Shown: positions 50,548 through 61,156 of the stretch, piece after piece
How the letters are laid out: each line of letters begins with the position of its first letter
Numbering within the stretch: position 1 is the first letter of the stretch
Origin: an uncultured delta proteobacterium
GTDB lineage: Bacteria > Myxococcota_A > Polyangia > Polyangiales > Polyangiaceae
Direction of reading: 5' to 3'
DNA length: 64,000 nucleotides
Assembly: GCA_963850305.1 (NCBI GenBank)
Contig: CAWKKR010000008.1
Location: 64,001-128,000, forward strand
Made by a program: the position numbers and the translations under genes
The notes under the pieces: generated by a model
Databases searched by the model: none
Told to the model about the DNA's origin: nothing
Seen by the model: only the letters and a program-made list of their open reading frames with translations

Positions 50548-52152
50548 TCAGTGGGCGGGGGCGCCGCCGCCGCCTCCGTCGCGCGGGGAGCGTGCGAGGA
50601 AGACGAGCGGCACCATGAACATCGTGGCGATCGCAAACGCACGAAGGACGTCCAGGTACGCGAGCGTCATGGATTGTCGCAACATCTGGCCATACAGCAT
50701 GGCCTCGGCACGCTTCAGGGCGTCCGGCAGGGAGGAGCCCGCGTGAGCGAAGGCCGTAGAGATGTGTGCGAGCGCGGCCGTGAACGCCGAGTCGTATTGA
50801 CTCGCATGGGCGGCAAGGGCCGTTTGATGGGCCTGAGCGCGCCGCGAGACCATGGTCGTGACGAAGGCGATGCCGAAATCCCCTCCCATGTTGCGCGAGA
50901 GGTTCACGATGCCGGAGACCGAGTTGTTCTTCTCCGGCGGCACGCCCGCGTACACGACCTGGTTGATGGGGACGAACAGGAAAGCGAGGCCCGCCGACTG
51001 GTACACGCGAACGAGTACGGCGGTCCGAAAGTCCATCTGCAGATAGAGATGTCCTGCCATGTAAAACATGGACATCGACAGGATCGTGAAACCAAGTCCG
51101 ATGAGATACCGCGCGTCGACCCTGGACACGAGCCGTCCGACGAACGGCAGGAGCAGGATCACGGCAAAGCCGCCAGGCGAGAGCGCCAAGCCCGCCTGCT
51201 CCGCCGTGTAGCCCATCAGCACCTGCATGTACTGAGGGAGAAGGACGGTCGAGCCGTACAGGGTGAGGCCGAGCGTGAACATCATCACGTTCGACATGAC
51301 GAAGCTCCGGTTCCCGAAGAGCCGGACGTCCACGACGGGCCGCGGATGGCGGAGTTCCCACACGATGAATGCCGTCAGGCTGGTGAGGGCGATGGCGAGG
51401 GCGACCACGATGAACGAGGAAGAGAACCAGTCGTCTTCCTGTCCTTTGTCGAGCACGAGCTCGAGCGCGCCGAGCCCGAGCGCAATCAGGAAGAGGCCGG
51501 TGAAATCCACGCTGCCCGCGCGCTTCTTCGCTTCGACCAGATGCGGCGGATCGGTCACCATGCGCGACGAGAGGGCCAGGGACACCATCGCGACGGGCAC
51601 GTTGATGAAGAAGACCCAGCGCCAGGAGAAGTGGTCCGTGATGAAGCCGCCGAGCGTCGGTCCGATGGCGGGCGCGAGCACGACGGCCATGCCGTAAACG
51701 GCGAACGCCATGCCGCGCTTCGCGGGCGGAAACGTGTCCGCGAGGATCGCTTGCTCGCTCGGTCCGAGCCCGCCGCCCCCGAGGCCCTGGACGACCCGGA
51801 AGAAGATGAGCCACCCGAGTGACGGCGCGATACCGCACAAGAACGAGCTCAGCCCGAAGAGGGCGACGCAGCTCATGTAAAACCGCTTCCGTCCCACCTT
51901 CGTCGCGAACCAGCCGCTGACCGGCAGGATGATCGCGTTCGAGACCAGGTACGATGTGAGGATCCAGGTGCTCTCGTCCTGAGTGACCGACAGGTCCCCG
52001 GCGATGTGGGGCAACGAGACGTTCGCGATGCTCGTGTCCAGCACCTCCATGAACGTGGCGAGCGTTACGACGAGGGCGATGGCCCAGGGGTTCTTCCCGC
52101 CCGTCCAGCCCGTCTGGAAATAGGCGGGCCGCGCCGGCGCTTGCGAGCTCAC
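50548..52152 (-). CDS. emrB: DHA2-family MFS efflux permease
   Basis: TFMEVLDTSIANVSLPHIAG, WILTSYLVSNAI, APAIGPTLGG, DKGQEDDWF; GTG start overlapping the reconstructed emrA stop. Confidence 0.92.
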   Translation of the reverse strand: MSSQAPARPAYFQTGWTGGKNPWAIALVVTLATFMEVLDTSIANVSLPHIAGDLSVTQDESTWILTSYLVSNAIILPVSGWFATKVGRKRFYMSCVALFGLSSFLCGIAPSLGWLIFFRVVQGLGGGGLGPSEQAILADTFPPAKRGMAFAVYGMAVVLAPAIGPTLGGFITDHFSWRWVFFINVPVAMVSLALSSRMVTDPPHLVEAKKRAGSVDFTGLFLIALGLGALELVLDKGQEDDWFSSSFIVVALAIALTSLTAFIVWELRHPRPVVDVRLFGNRSFVMSNVMMFTLGLTLYGSTVLLPQYMQVLMGYTAEQAGLALSPGGFAVILLLPFVGRLVSRVDARYLIGLGFTILSMSMFYMAGHLYLQMDFRTAVLVRVYQSAGLAFLFVPINQVVYAGVPPEKNNSVSGIVNLSRNMGGDFGIAFVTTMVSRRAQAHQTALAAHASQYDSAFTAALAHISTAFAHAGSSLPDALKRAEAMLYGQMLRQSMTLAYLDVLRAFAIATMFMVPLVFLARSPRDGGGGGAPAH

Positions 52153-53421
52153 CGAACCGTCACCCGCGGCTCGACGCTCATGCCGGGGCGAATCGAGATC
52201 GAGCCCGTGCTGGCCCCCGTCGAAGACGATGCGAACGGGGAAGCGCTGCACGACTTTGACGTAGTTCCCCGTCGCGTTCTCCGGCGGGAAGACGCTCAGG
52301 CGCGCCCCGGTCGCGCCGCCGATGGACTCGACCTTTCCGCGAAGATCCAGGTCGAGCGCATCCACGTGGACGGTCGCGAGCTGGCCGGGCCGGATGTTCT
52401 CGAGCTGCGTCTCGCGAAAGTTGGCGGTGGCCCAGAGGTGATGCGTGTCGACCAGCGCGAACAGGAGCTGACCGGGCGAGACGTGATCCCCGATGGCCAC
52501 GGATTTCTTGCCGACGATGCCGTCGAGCGGCGCGACGATGCGCGTGTAGGACAGGTTGAGCTCTGCTTCATGGAGCTGGGCCTGCGCGAGCTCGAGGGTC
52601 GCCTGGCGTCCGAGCACCGAGGCTCGCTCGGTGTCGACTTCCTTCGGCGCGTTGGAGCGGAGCTCGACGAGCCGGGTCTGCGCTGAGCTCAGCTTCGCCT
52701 GGGCTTCCCCGAGATGCTCGCGCGCCACCGTGAGCGTTTCTTCGAGCACACGGACGCCCGCCGCGGACGCCGCTGCCGCGTTGTTCGCGCGGTCGAACTC
52801 GGCCTGGGCGATCGAGCCGCTCCGCAGTAGCTCCTGCGCCCGTTCCTTCTCGAGCTCGGCTTCTCGATCTCCGGCGCGCGCCTGCTCGAGCTGGGCTTCG
52901 AGCTGAGGGATCTGCTGTTTGGCCGCCGCAAGGCCCGCCACCGCGGAAGAGACGTCCGAGGTCTGCCCGCTGACCTGCGCGGTGTTCGACGTCTCCGTGA
53001 TGACGACGCGCGGGCTCTGCGCGTCCAGCGAGGCTTGCGCCTGATCGACCTGGGCCTTCGCCTCGGCGACCATCACCTCGGGCTCGGCCTTGTCGAGCTC
53101 GGCGAGCAACTCCCCTGCCTTGACGGTCTGGTTTTCCTGCACGTAGACCGCCGTGACGACCCCCGTAACGCGCGCGCCGACGTTGCTGATGTTCCCATCT
53201 ATCTCGGCATCGTCCGTGTCCTCGAAATGGCGCGCCTGGAGCCAGTACACCAGTGCCCCGAGCCCGAGGACGAGCGCCACGACGAGCGCGACGGACTTCA
53301 CCCGACTCTTCTTCGGCGCTCCGGCGGCTCCAGGGGCAGTCGGCGATGCCGGTGCTGCCGGTTCGCTTTGCGCGGGCGCGCCGCCGTCAGGAGCGGTTCT
53401 CTCTCTAGTAGTGGTAGCCAT
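52149..53421 (-). CDS. emrA: HlyD/EmrA membrane-fusion protein (one +1 frameshift near 52195)
   Basis: TDDAEIDG, PPENATGNYVKVVQRFPVRI; removing one base gives the canonical end IRPGMSVEPRVTVR*. Confidence 0.9.
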
Positions 53422-53558
53422 TCACTTCCGGCGTGAGACGTGCTGTCACCGCGCCACCTCGCCATGGGGCTTCCCGATGCCGGTCGCAAGGTCGAAAATG
53501 CGACGACCACGCGGGTTCGAGCATCGAAGATAGCGGCGTTCCTGGCGAGCTCGAAAAC

Positions 53559-55304
53559 TCAGGGCGGCGACAGGGTCGCGCCCCGCTCCGTTGCGAGAGC
53601 CTCGAAGCGGGCGCTGGCCTCCGCGTAGGCGACCGGTCGCCCCTGGGCCCGACCGACGACGGCGGCGAGGTATTGAGCACGCATCGAATAAGGAGCTTCC
53701 GTAGCGTAGCGTATCACATCCGCCTCGAGCTCCGCAGCTCTCGGATCGGTAGAAAGATGGGCGACGCGAGCCGCGTCGTCGGTCCCGCGGAGGACATGAT
53801 AAGCGTGTCGCTCGATGTAAGCGCGCGTGCGCTCCTCCCGGTGGACGAGGATCAGCGCGCGGTCGTCCATGTAGACGAGAGCCCAGTCGGGATTGCGGAC
53901 GACCCAGGGCATCTTCGTACAAGCGAGCTGCGAGCACTCGAGCACCACCGTCGTGAACCCGAAGCGCGCCTTCTCGGCGCGAAACGCGTCCGGGTCGCGT
54001 CCAGCGCGCACGGTTTCTTCGAAGTGAGCCGACGAGTACGCCGTGTCGTTTCTTCCGTCGATGATGACCTTCTGCGCGGGCCCGAGCGCATAGAGGAGAT
54101 AGCCCCCGAAGTTGAAGCTGTTCCAGATCCGTCCGGGGGCGGGGAACCTCGCGAGGAAGCGGCTTGCCTGGATCGGCAATCGCCACCACATCCATCCGAG
54201 ACCCACCGCGGAGGGCGGCAGTTGCGCGTACTGGCTTGCGATGACGGCGACCGCGGCGACGCTTGCCGCGACGCGAGCAACCGCGGGCCGCACGCGTCCT
54301 CCGGCGCGCGTGGTCACCCACGGGGTCACTGCGCCGAGCGACTCGGCCACGACGACGGCGAGCGCCGCGGCCGCGAACGGCACGAGCCGCACCGAGTGCA
54401 CGGCGAGACCCACGGCCGCGAACGCCACGCATTCGAACGTGCCCAGACGTCGACGCAGGAGCGCACCGGCCATGGCCGCGATGACGAGCGCACCGAACGG
54501 CGGATCGACGACGAAGGGAAAGCGCGGCTCCATGGAGGCCCACTCGGGAAACTCCGCACGGAACGTGGCCCGCGTGGTGACATCGAAGACCGACGTGAGT
54601 GCGTGGAGCCCCGCGGGGTTCATGCACACGCCGACGAGCGAAACCAAGACGGCCCACGCGAGCGCGCGCGACCGCGATGGGTCCTGTCGCGACGCGCCGA
54701 TGCACGCGGCCGCGATGACCCCGACGCCGAGCAGGCCGGCGCGATGGCAATTTCCCCAGACGGCGAAGAGAACGAACCACGTCACGAGCGACGTGCGTCG
54801 ACCGCGAGCTTCGCGGCGAAGGAGCCAGAGCACGAGCGCGAAACCGAGAAATGAAAACAGATCCGCCTTCGGACCGAGCCGGAATCGGACTGCCGCGCCC
54901 CATAGCCCGAGGACGAGCGTCGAAACGACGTGCATCGTCGAAGGCGAGACCTCCCCGACGGCGGCACGGACGCTCTCCCGACATGCGAACAGGATGACGA
55001 CGCCGACGGACAGCGTCAGCACGGCGGTCACCAGTTCGAGCCCGTACGGACCCCCGAGGCGGTCGCCCGCGAAGAACGCGAGCCCTGGGAGCCAGTCCGA
55101 ATAAATCCAGTGACCCGTGGAGGCGTAGGAGAACGGATCGGTCGAGGGCAGCGCGCGGTGCTCCCAGATCCACCTGCCGCCGCGGATGTGCCAGAACACG
55201 TCCGGGTCGAGGATCTTTTGGAAAGTCGACAGCACGATCGCGATGAGGACGAACGCCTCGGCGACGTACGCGCGCGCCCGGGAGAGCGAGGATCCGACGG
55301 TCAT
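53559..55304 (-). CDS. Polytopic membrane protein, GT-C-like
   Basis: DPDVFWHIRGGRWI...DPFSY, WGNCH, EW, FNFGGYLLY, IDGRND; many TM segments. Confidence 0.75.
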   Translation of the reverse strand: MTVGSSLSRARAYVAEAFVLIAIVLSTFQKILDPDVFWHIRGGRWIWEHRALPSTDPFSYASTGHWIYSDWLPGLAFFAGDRLGGPYGLELVTAVLTLSVGVVILFACRESVRAAVGEVSPSTMHVVSTLVLGLWGAAVRFRLGPKADLFSFLGFALVLWLLRREARGRRTSLVTWFVLFAVWGNCHRAGLLGVGVIAAACIGASRQDPSRSRALAWAVLVSLVGVCMNPAGLHALTSVFDVTTRATFRAEFPEWASMEPRFPFVVDPPFGALVIAAMAGALLRRRLGTFECVAFAAVGLAVHSVRLVPFAAAALAVVVAESLGAVTPWVTTRAGGRVRPAVARVAASVAAVAVIASQYAQLPPSAVGLGWMWWRLPIQASRFLARFPAPGRIWNSFNFGGYLLYALGPAQKVIIDGRNDTAYSSAHFEETVRAGRDPDAFRAEKARFGFTTVVLECSQLACTKMPWVVRNPDWALVYMDDRALILVHREERTRAYIERHAYHVLRGTDDAARVAHLSTDPRAAELEADVIRYATEAPYSMRAQYLAAVVGRAQGRPVAYAEASARFEALATERGATLSPP

Positions 55305-57286
55305 CGCTCCCGGATCCGACGCGAAGGACCGATCGGGCCCGTCAATGACGGCGGCAAGGGCTCACCCTGCCCTGCCGGCGCCGTGTCGAACGAGTAAACG
55401 CGCGCGAGCAGCAGGTGCCCGAGCTCCGAGCGGCTCGCGTCCGTGAGTCTCAAAGAAGCGACCCTTCCCGCATACTGTCGCACATCCCAGCTCTGTTCGA
55501 ACATGACGTCACTCGCGACGCCGCGCGTGCGAATCGCGACGGCTCCGTCGATGACGACCTCGATCGACAGCGAGTCGCTCGCGCCGCCACCAACCCACAT
55601 CCCCAGGTGTTCGCGACTGATCGGGAAAGCGGGCGATAGAGCCACGCCGACGGCTGCGTCCCCCCGAGGCGGCGCGGCGCTCGTCAGATATCTCTCACCC
55701 GGCGCTCCCCTGACCGCGAACGCATTCCCTCGAAGTCTCCACCCGACGAGGCCGGACTCGAAATCGAGCAGAACGCGCACGTTGCGTTTTGCGAGCACCT
55801 TCTTGCGCCGGAGCAGCTCCGACGGCTCGGAGGCGTAGCCGACCAGCGTGTGCACGCCGGTCCCCAGGAGCCGGTCCCCGCGAAACGCCTGATAGATCCA
55901 TCCGCGCACCGGCGCGCACTCCGAGCCGCTCAGGATCACCCACTCCGCCGAGCTCCGCGCAAGAAACGAGGGCAGATCCAGCCCGGGCATCTCGGCGATC
56001 AGTGCGTCTTGATATCCCTGGTCGTGAAACTGCTCGTCCACCTTGCCGGCCTCGATGGGGAGGAAGGGGTGGTTCGGGACCAGCACGCCGCCCGGCAGCG
56101 CGCGCACCTGGTCGATCAGCGCCCGAGCGTCTCGCCAGAGTTCGGGAGACGGAATGACGCTGGAGCTCGAATAGCGTCGCGACGCGAGCAGCACCGCGAG
56201 CGCGATGAGAGCACCCACTTCCGCGACCGCGCGGCGCGCGACGCCGCGGACCTCCGCGAGCGCTTCAGCGCCGAGCCGGAGCGCCACTGGAGGACCGAGG
56301 ATGGCCAGAGGCGAAAGGTCCGACCCCGATCCTGCGACCTTGGCGTACGGAAGGAGCGACGCCGGGATCGCGGCGCCGAACATGCCAAGCCAGAGAGCGC
56401 TCTCCGACGAGAGGCGGCGGCGAGCCGCAAGCCACGCGCCGAGACCGAGCGCAAGAGGAGCCAGCGGCGACGCGGCGCAGACGGCATGCACGTCCCAGAG
56501 GCGCGCCCACCGCACGGGTTGCCAGGCCAGGTTGCGGAGCGTCCATTCCGCAAACCATCCGTGCGTCGCGACTTGCGCAACGGCAAGCGCCGAGACGGCC
56601 AGGATGCCCATCGCGGTGGCGAGGACCGCGCCGTTTCGAAAGTGCCGGCGGGCGGCGAACACGACGAGCCAGAGGGCGAAGAAGAAATTCGTTTGCCGCG
56701 TGAACACGGCCGCGACGGCCAGGAGCGAGACCACGAGCGCGTTCACGACAGTCGGCGCGCGCGAGGCCACGCAAGCTGCCGCGACGACGAAGAACAGAGC
56801 CAGCGAATCGTTCCGCACGAGATCCCACCGTGTCTCCACGAACGGAAAGCTCGAAGCGACGACACCCGCCGAGAGCAGCGCCGGGATGAACCGCGAGAGT
56901 CCTCCGTGAACGCGGGGCGCCGGACCGACGGGTTCCACTGCGACCGCCGACGAGAGCACGGTCGCGCCGAGAAACGACGCGATGGAGAGCGCTCTGCCCG
57001 TCGCATATCCGAGCCCGAAGATGCGTCCCAGCGCCGCCAGGGCGAGCATGTGACCCGGGGGATACGGATATGGCGCAAATCCTGCGCTCGGTGCTCCGTA
57101 TATGGAGAGGTGATGGAGTAAGCGGTACGCGTGGTAGAGCGAGCCGCCCTCCATCCATTCGATGTCCATCGGGTAAGCGACACGACCGAGGAACCCGCGT
57201 CCGAGGGTCCACAACTGAGCGATGGCCAGCGCCAGCGAGAGTAGGCAGACGAGCCGGACCACGGATCGGGATTTCAGGATGGTCAA
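55301..57286 (-). CDS. GT-C-like (ArnT/PMT-type) membrane glycosyltransferase with C-terminal beta-sandwich module
   Basis: EWMEG, YPPG, RNDSL, FTRQT motifs, multiple TMs; C-terminal DFESG..GW...GNAF module. Confidence 0.72.
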   Translation of the reverse strand: MTILKSRSVVRLVCLLSLALAIAQLWTLGRGFLGRVAYPMDIEWMEGGSLYHAYRLLHHLSIYGAPSAGFAPYPYPPGHMLALAALGRIFGLGYATGRALSIASFLGATVLSSAVAVEPVGPAPRVHGGLSRFIPALLSAGVVASSFPFVETRWDLVRNDSLALFFVVAAACVASRAPTVVNALVVSLLAVAAVFTRQTNFFFALWLVVFAARRHFRNGAVLATAMGILAVSALAVAQVATHGWFAEWTLRNLAWQPVRWARLWDVHAVCAASPLAPLALGLGAWLAARRRLSSESALWLGMFGAAIPASLLPYAKVAGSGSDLSPLAILGPPVALRLGAEALAEVRGVARRAVAEVGALIALAVLLASRRYSSSSVIPSPELWRDARALIDQVRALPGGVLVPNHPFLPIEAGKVDEQFHDQGYQDALIAEMPGLDLPSFLARSSAEWVILSGSECAPVRGWIYQAFRGDRLLGTGVHTLVGYASEPSELLRRKKVLAKRNVRVLLDFESGLVGWRLRGNAFAVRGAPGERYLTSAAPPRGDAAVGVALSPAFPISREHLGMWVGGGASDSLSIEVVIDGAVAIRTRGVASDVMFEQSWDVRQYAGRVASLRLTDASRSELGHLLLARVYSFDTAPAGQGEPLPPSLTGPIGPSRRIRER

Positions 57287-57593
57287 AATGGAGAGCGCAA
57301 TATCCCGCCGCTTCCGCTAAAGGTCACGCACTTGGCCACTCGCTGTAACTCGGGTGTTTCCGAACCGCGGTTGACTCACGTCGCGCTTTTTGGTCATCGA
57401 AACGTAAAAAAATTTCGCGTGAGTGTCGATAGTGTTGAAGCTCCGCCCCGAAAGCGACGAATACGTCACACACGCTCGTGTTCGAAGATGCTCACAGCTT
57501 TCGTCTTTCTGGGATGACTCGCGGGATGCGATCGTCCGCGGACTGAGGTAAGCGGGTCCGGCGTTTCAAGAAACCTGACGGTCTGGACTTCCC

Positions 57594-58073
57594 ATGAGAC
57601 TCACTCTCGAAGGCGCGGCGCACGTCCTTTTACCCCGGGTCACGGCCGGCCGCGCGCTCGCCCATTCGGAATGGCTGACGCTCGTTCAGGTGGCGGAAAT
57701 ATTGTCGACCGGCGCGCCGCACGACGTGCGACCGGAGCAGGTCGCCGACAATGTGGAGGCGTTCCTGGCCGCGGGACGGTCTCGCCGCGCCTGGCGGGTC
57801 CGCGTCCTCCTCACGCTCATCGAATTTGCGCCAATGGCGACGGAGAGGCGCCGCTTCGGTGACCTGTCTCCGGAGGAGCGCCGAGTGCTGATCGAACGGA
57901 AATGGATCGGGGGGCGCGGTATCTGGCGAGTCTGTTCCAAGGTGAAAAATCTGGTCGTCCTGGGCGCGTACGGCGACCGCCGAGCGGCGGCGAAGACGGG
58001 CTACGTGCCTGTTCCCTTGCGCCCGCGGTTTCGGAATATGCGCCGGCCAGACCCGGAGAGCGACGTCGCGTGA
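57594..58073 (+). CDS. Small protein preceding the GMC oxidoreductase (gluconate-2-dehydrogenase subunit-3-like)
   Basis: RFGDLSPEERR, KNLVVLGAYG...TGY; stop overlaps the GMC start (GTGA). Confidence 0.7.
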   Translation: MRLTLEGAAHVLLPRVTAGRALAHSEWLTLVQVAEILSTGAPHDVRPEQVADNVEAFLAAGRSRRAWRVRVLLTLIEFAPMATERRRFGDLSPEERRVLIERKWIGGRGIWRVCSKVKNLVVLGAYGDRRAAAKTGYVPVPLRPRFRNMRRPDPESDVA

Positions 58074-59506
58074 AGACCGAAAGCGTCGACGTTTGCATCA
58101 TCGGCTCCGGCGCCGGCGGCTCGGTCATCGCGCACGCCGCGGCGAAACGTGGCCTACGCACGCTCGTCCTCGAGCGCGGGCCGTACCTCCGCGCTGCCGA
58201 CATGACCTCGTCCGAGATCGAGATGCTGCCGCGCCTCTACAAGGACGGTGGCATGCAGCTCACCACGTCCCTGGATTTTTTCATTCTTCAAGGCTCCTGC
58301 GTCGGGGGCTCGACGGTCGTCTCGAACATGGTGCTGATGCGCGCCCCGGACGAGGTATTCGGTCGGTGGCGGAGCTTCGGCGCCGAAGGCAATCGCGATG
58401 CGTTCCACGACGCCTACGATCTGATGGAACGGACGCTCGACGCGCGCCCCGCGGACGCGAAGAGTTCATCGCGGAGCACGGAGCTGTTCGAGGAGGGAGC
58501 CCGCGCGATCGGGCTCTCGCCGAAGAAGATGCTGAAGGCGCTCGGAGCCTGCCACGGATGCGGCAACTGCAACATCGGCTGCACCTTCGACACGAAGCGG
58601 AGCGCCCTCACCACGTTCATTCGGTGGGCCGAAGACGAAGGCGCTCGGGTCCTCGCGGACACGAGCGTGGAGCGGATCCGAACCCGTCGAGGGCGCGTGG
58701 ATTACGTCGAGGCGACCACCGGACCACGTCGTGAACCGCTCCGCGTCTACGCGAGGCAAGTCGTCGTCGCTGCGGGCGCGATCGGTTCGAGCGCACTCCT
58801 GCTCGCGAGCGGCGTCCGCAAAAACGTCGGCACGCGGGTGTCCTTCAACCTGGGCGCGATGGTCGTCGCGGAGTTCGACGAGGCGTTCGACGCCTACGAC
58901 GCCGATCAGATGACGACGTACCTGAAAGGCGAAGATCATCTAATCGAGGCGACCCACAATCCCCTCGCGAGCGCGGCCCTCACCACGCCGGGGTGGCTCG
59001 AGACGCACGGGGCGCTCATGAAGCGCGCGCGCCATCTCGCGTACGCCGGCGCGATGGCGCCGTCCGAAGCCACGGGCCGCGTGGTGATGAGTCCGTGGTT
59101 CGGACACGAGGAGACGCGCTTCTCTGCCAGCGCTGGCGACATGGAGAAGCTGCGTGAGGGTCTCAGAACGATCGTACGCGTATTCTTCGGCGCGGGCGCG
59201 CGCAGAGTCCTGCTCCCGACGGAAGTGTTCACCGAACTGCGGTCCGTGGACGACTTGCCGCTCCTCGACGAGCGAATCCGGACCATGCGCGACATCCAGA
59301 GCGGCTCCTCGCATCCACAGGGCGGCAATCCCATGTCGGACGACCCGGATGTCGGGGTGGTCGACTCCGGGTTCGCTTCGCACGAAATCGATGGCTTATC
59401 CGTCTGCGACGCGAGCGTCTTTCCGGACTGCATCGGCGTGAACCCGATGAACACGGTGTTCGCTCTGGCGCACATGGGCGCCGCACGAATTCTGGCGAGC
59501 GCGTAG
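58070..59506 (+). CDS. GMC-family flavoprotein oxidoreductase
   Basis: IIGSGAGG, LERG, GSCVGGSTVVS, CHGCGNCNIGC, AAGAIGS, HPQGG, DASVFP...VNP. Confidence 0.93.
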   Translation: MKTESVDVCIIGSGAGGSVIAHAAAKRGLRTLVLERGPYLRAADMTSSEIEMLPRLYKDGGMQLTTSLDFFILQGSCVGGSTVVSNMVLMRAPDEVFGRWRSFGAEGNRDAFHDAYDLMERTLDARPADAKSSSRSTELFEEGARAIGLSPKKMLKALGACHGCGNCNIGCTFDTKRSALTTFIRWAEDEGARVLADTSVERIRTRRGRVDYVEATTGPRREPLRVYARQVVVAAGAIGSSALLLASGVRKNVGTRVSFNLGAMVVAEFDEAFDAYDADQMTTYLKGEDHLIEATHNPLASAALTTPGWLETHGALMKRARHLAYAGAMAPSEATGRVVMSPWFGHEETRFSASAGDMEKLREGLRTIVRVFFGAGARRVLLPTEVFTELRSVDDLPLLDERIRTMRDIQSGSSHPQGGNPMSDDPDVGVVDSGFASHEIDGLSVCDASVFPDCIGVNPMNTVFALAHMGAARILASA

Positions 59507-59510
59507 CTGC

Positions 59511-61137
59511 ATGACGCTGGCTCCCGTCGTCCTTGCATTTCCCTCGGCGGTAGCCGAGCGTCCTGCGCGACGCATTCAGTCGCCGTATCCGTCGGCCGTG
59601 GGCCGCGTGATGCTCCGTGCGGCGCGGGCACGAGTGAGATCGTGGGACCGTGCGCTCGGCAGGATCGAGGAGGAACAGGAACGGGCACTCCGCGACATCG
59701 TCGGTCGAGGGGCAGCGACGGTGTTCGGGCGGCGCTTCGACCTCCGCGGAGCCAGGGATCACGCGGCTTTCGTCCGCCGGATCCCGGTCGGCAACTACGA
59801 CACGTTCTCGCCGTTCATCGATCGCATGCGGCAGGGGCGAGAAGAACCTGCTCGTTCCCGAGTTCGTTCGTTACTTCGGCAACTCGTCGGGCAGCTCCAA
59901 CCAGGGCAAGCCGAAGTTCTTGCCGATCACCGAACGTCAGATCGCGCATCAGCGCCACGCGGGAGCGGACATGCTGATGCGCTATCTCGCGCACGCGAAC
60001 GATGCCGAATTCTCGTCCGGGTTCACGCTCGGCCTCTTCCCGCCGACAGCGATGAAGCCCCGAGGGCCCCGTGCTCGTGACGTCGAATCCCGCGCTGATG
60101 GTGACCCGAGATGCCGGCGTTCGCTCGCCCCGCGTATCTTCCCGACGACGACATCAAGCCGGATGTCGAACTACGAAGAGAAGCTCGCGGCGATCGCCGA
60201 GCGCTACCTCGACCACGACGTGCGCGCGCTCGCCGGCACGACCTGCTGGTTCGCCGTCCTGTTCGAGAAGGTGCTCGACGCCGCTCGCGCGAGCGGACGG
60301 CGCGCAAGCCACGTCGCGCGAGATCTGGCCGAACCTGAGGGTCCTCCTCGGCGGCGGCGTGTCGGCAGAGCCGTACCTGCCGGTCATCCGCGAGACTGAT
60401 CGGGCGTGACGATCTCACGCTGGTCGACACCTACAACGCGACCGAGGGCGGCATCTACGCCACGAGCGACTTCTCGGGCGAGCGCGGGATGCTGGTGCTT
60501 CCGCACCGCGGGACGTTCTTCGAGTTCGTGCCGCTCGAAGAGCGCGGCAACCCGGCGCCTCGCGCGCGTGCCCCTGTGGGCAGTCGAAGCGCAACCGCCT
60601 CTACGCGATCGTCGTGCACGACCGTCTCGGGGCTCTACGCGTACAAGCTCGGCGACATCGTCCGCTTCCCGCAGCGTGAAGCCGCTCCGCATCGAGTTCG
60701 TCGGGCCGGCTCTCGGGTTGCCTGTCGGTGACGCAGGAGCTGACGACCCACGTCGAGATCGAGCGCGCCGTCGCGCACGCGCGTCCGCGAGACAGGCTGC
60801 CCGACCGTCGACTTCGGCGCCGCGCGCCGACGTCGGCGTCGACGGCGAGGCCAGGTCTCGCTACATGCTCTTCGTCGAGTTCGACGAGGGCGGCGCGCCT
60901 TCGAACCTCGACGCCTTCGCCGCTGCGTTCGACGAGGGCATGTGCACGCAGAACCGCGTCTACCGCGAGCACCGCGCAGGCGACGTCGCCATCCTGGCGC
61001 CGCGCGTGGTCGCGCTCGCGCCGGCGGCGCACGGCGGTTCCTCGAAGACGTCACGCGCGGCAACGTGCAGGGGAAGTTCCCGCGCATCATCGACGACCGC
61101 GCCGAAGACGCGCTCCTTGCGTTTCGTGCGGGCCTGA
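59511..61137 (+). CDS. GH3 auxin-responsive-promoter family acyl-adenylate/amide synthetase (multiple frameshifts)
   Basis: Pieces across frames: FGNSSGSS..GKPKFLPIT, DTYNATEGG, FFEFVP, SGLYAYKLGDIVRF, NRVYREHR, QGKFPRII. Confidence 0.85.
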
Positions 61138-61156
61138 TTCGAAGAAGGAAGTCGAC

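Noticed and set aside
50548..53421. Apparent 957-aa EmrA-EmrB fusion in the ORF track
   Set aside because: Deleting one base near 52195 restores the canonical EmrA ending RPGMSVEPRVTVR* with a GTGA overlap onto emrB. This matches the other +1 errors in the window.
57290..57590. Possible ops/JUMPstart element or riboswitch ahead of the GMC operon
   Set aside because: No GGCGGTAG-type element or known aptamer consensus is visible. The region is just an AT-richer divergent promoter region.
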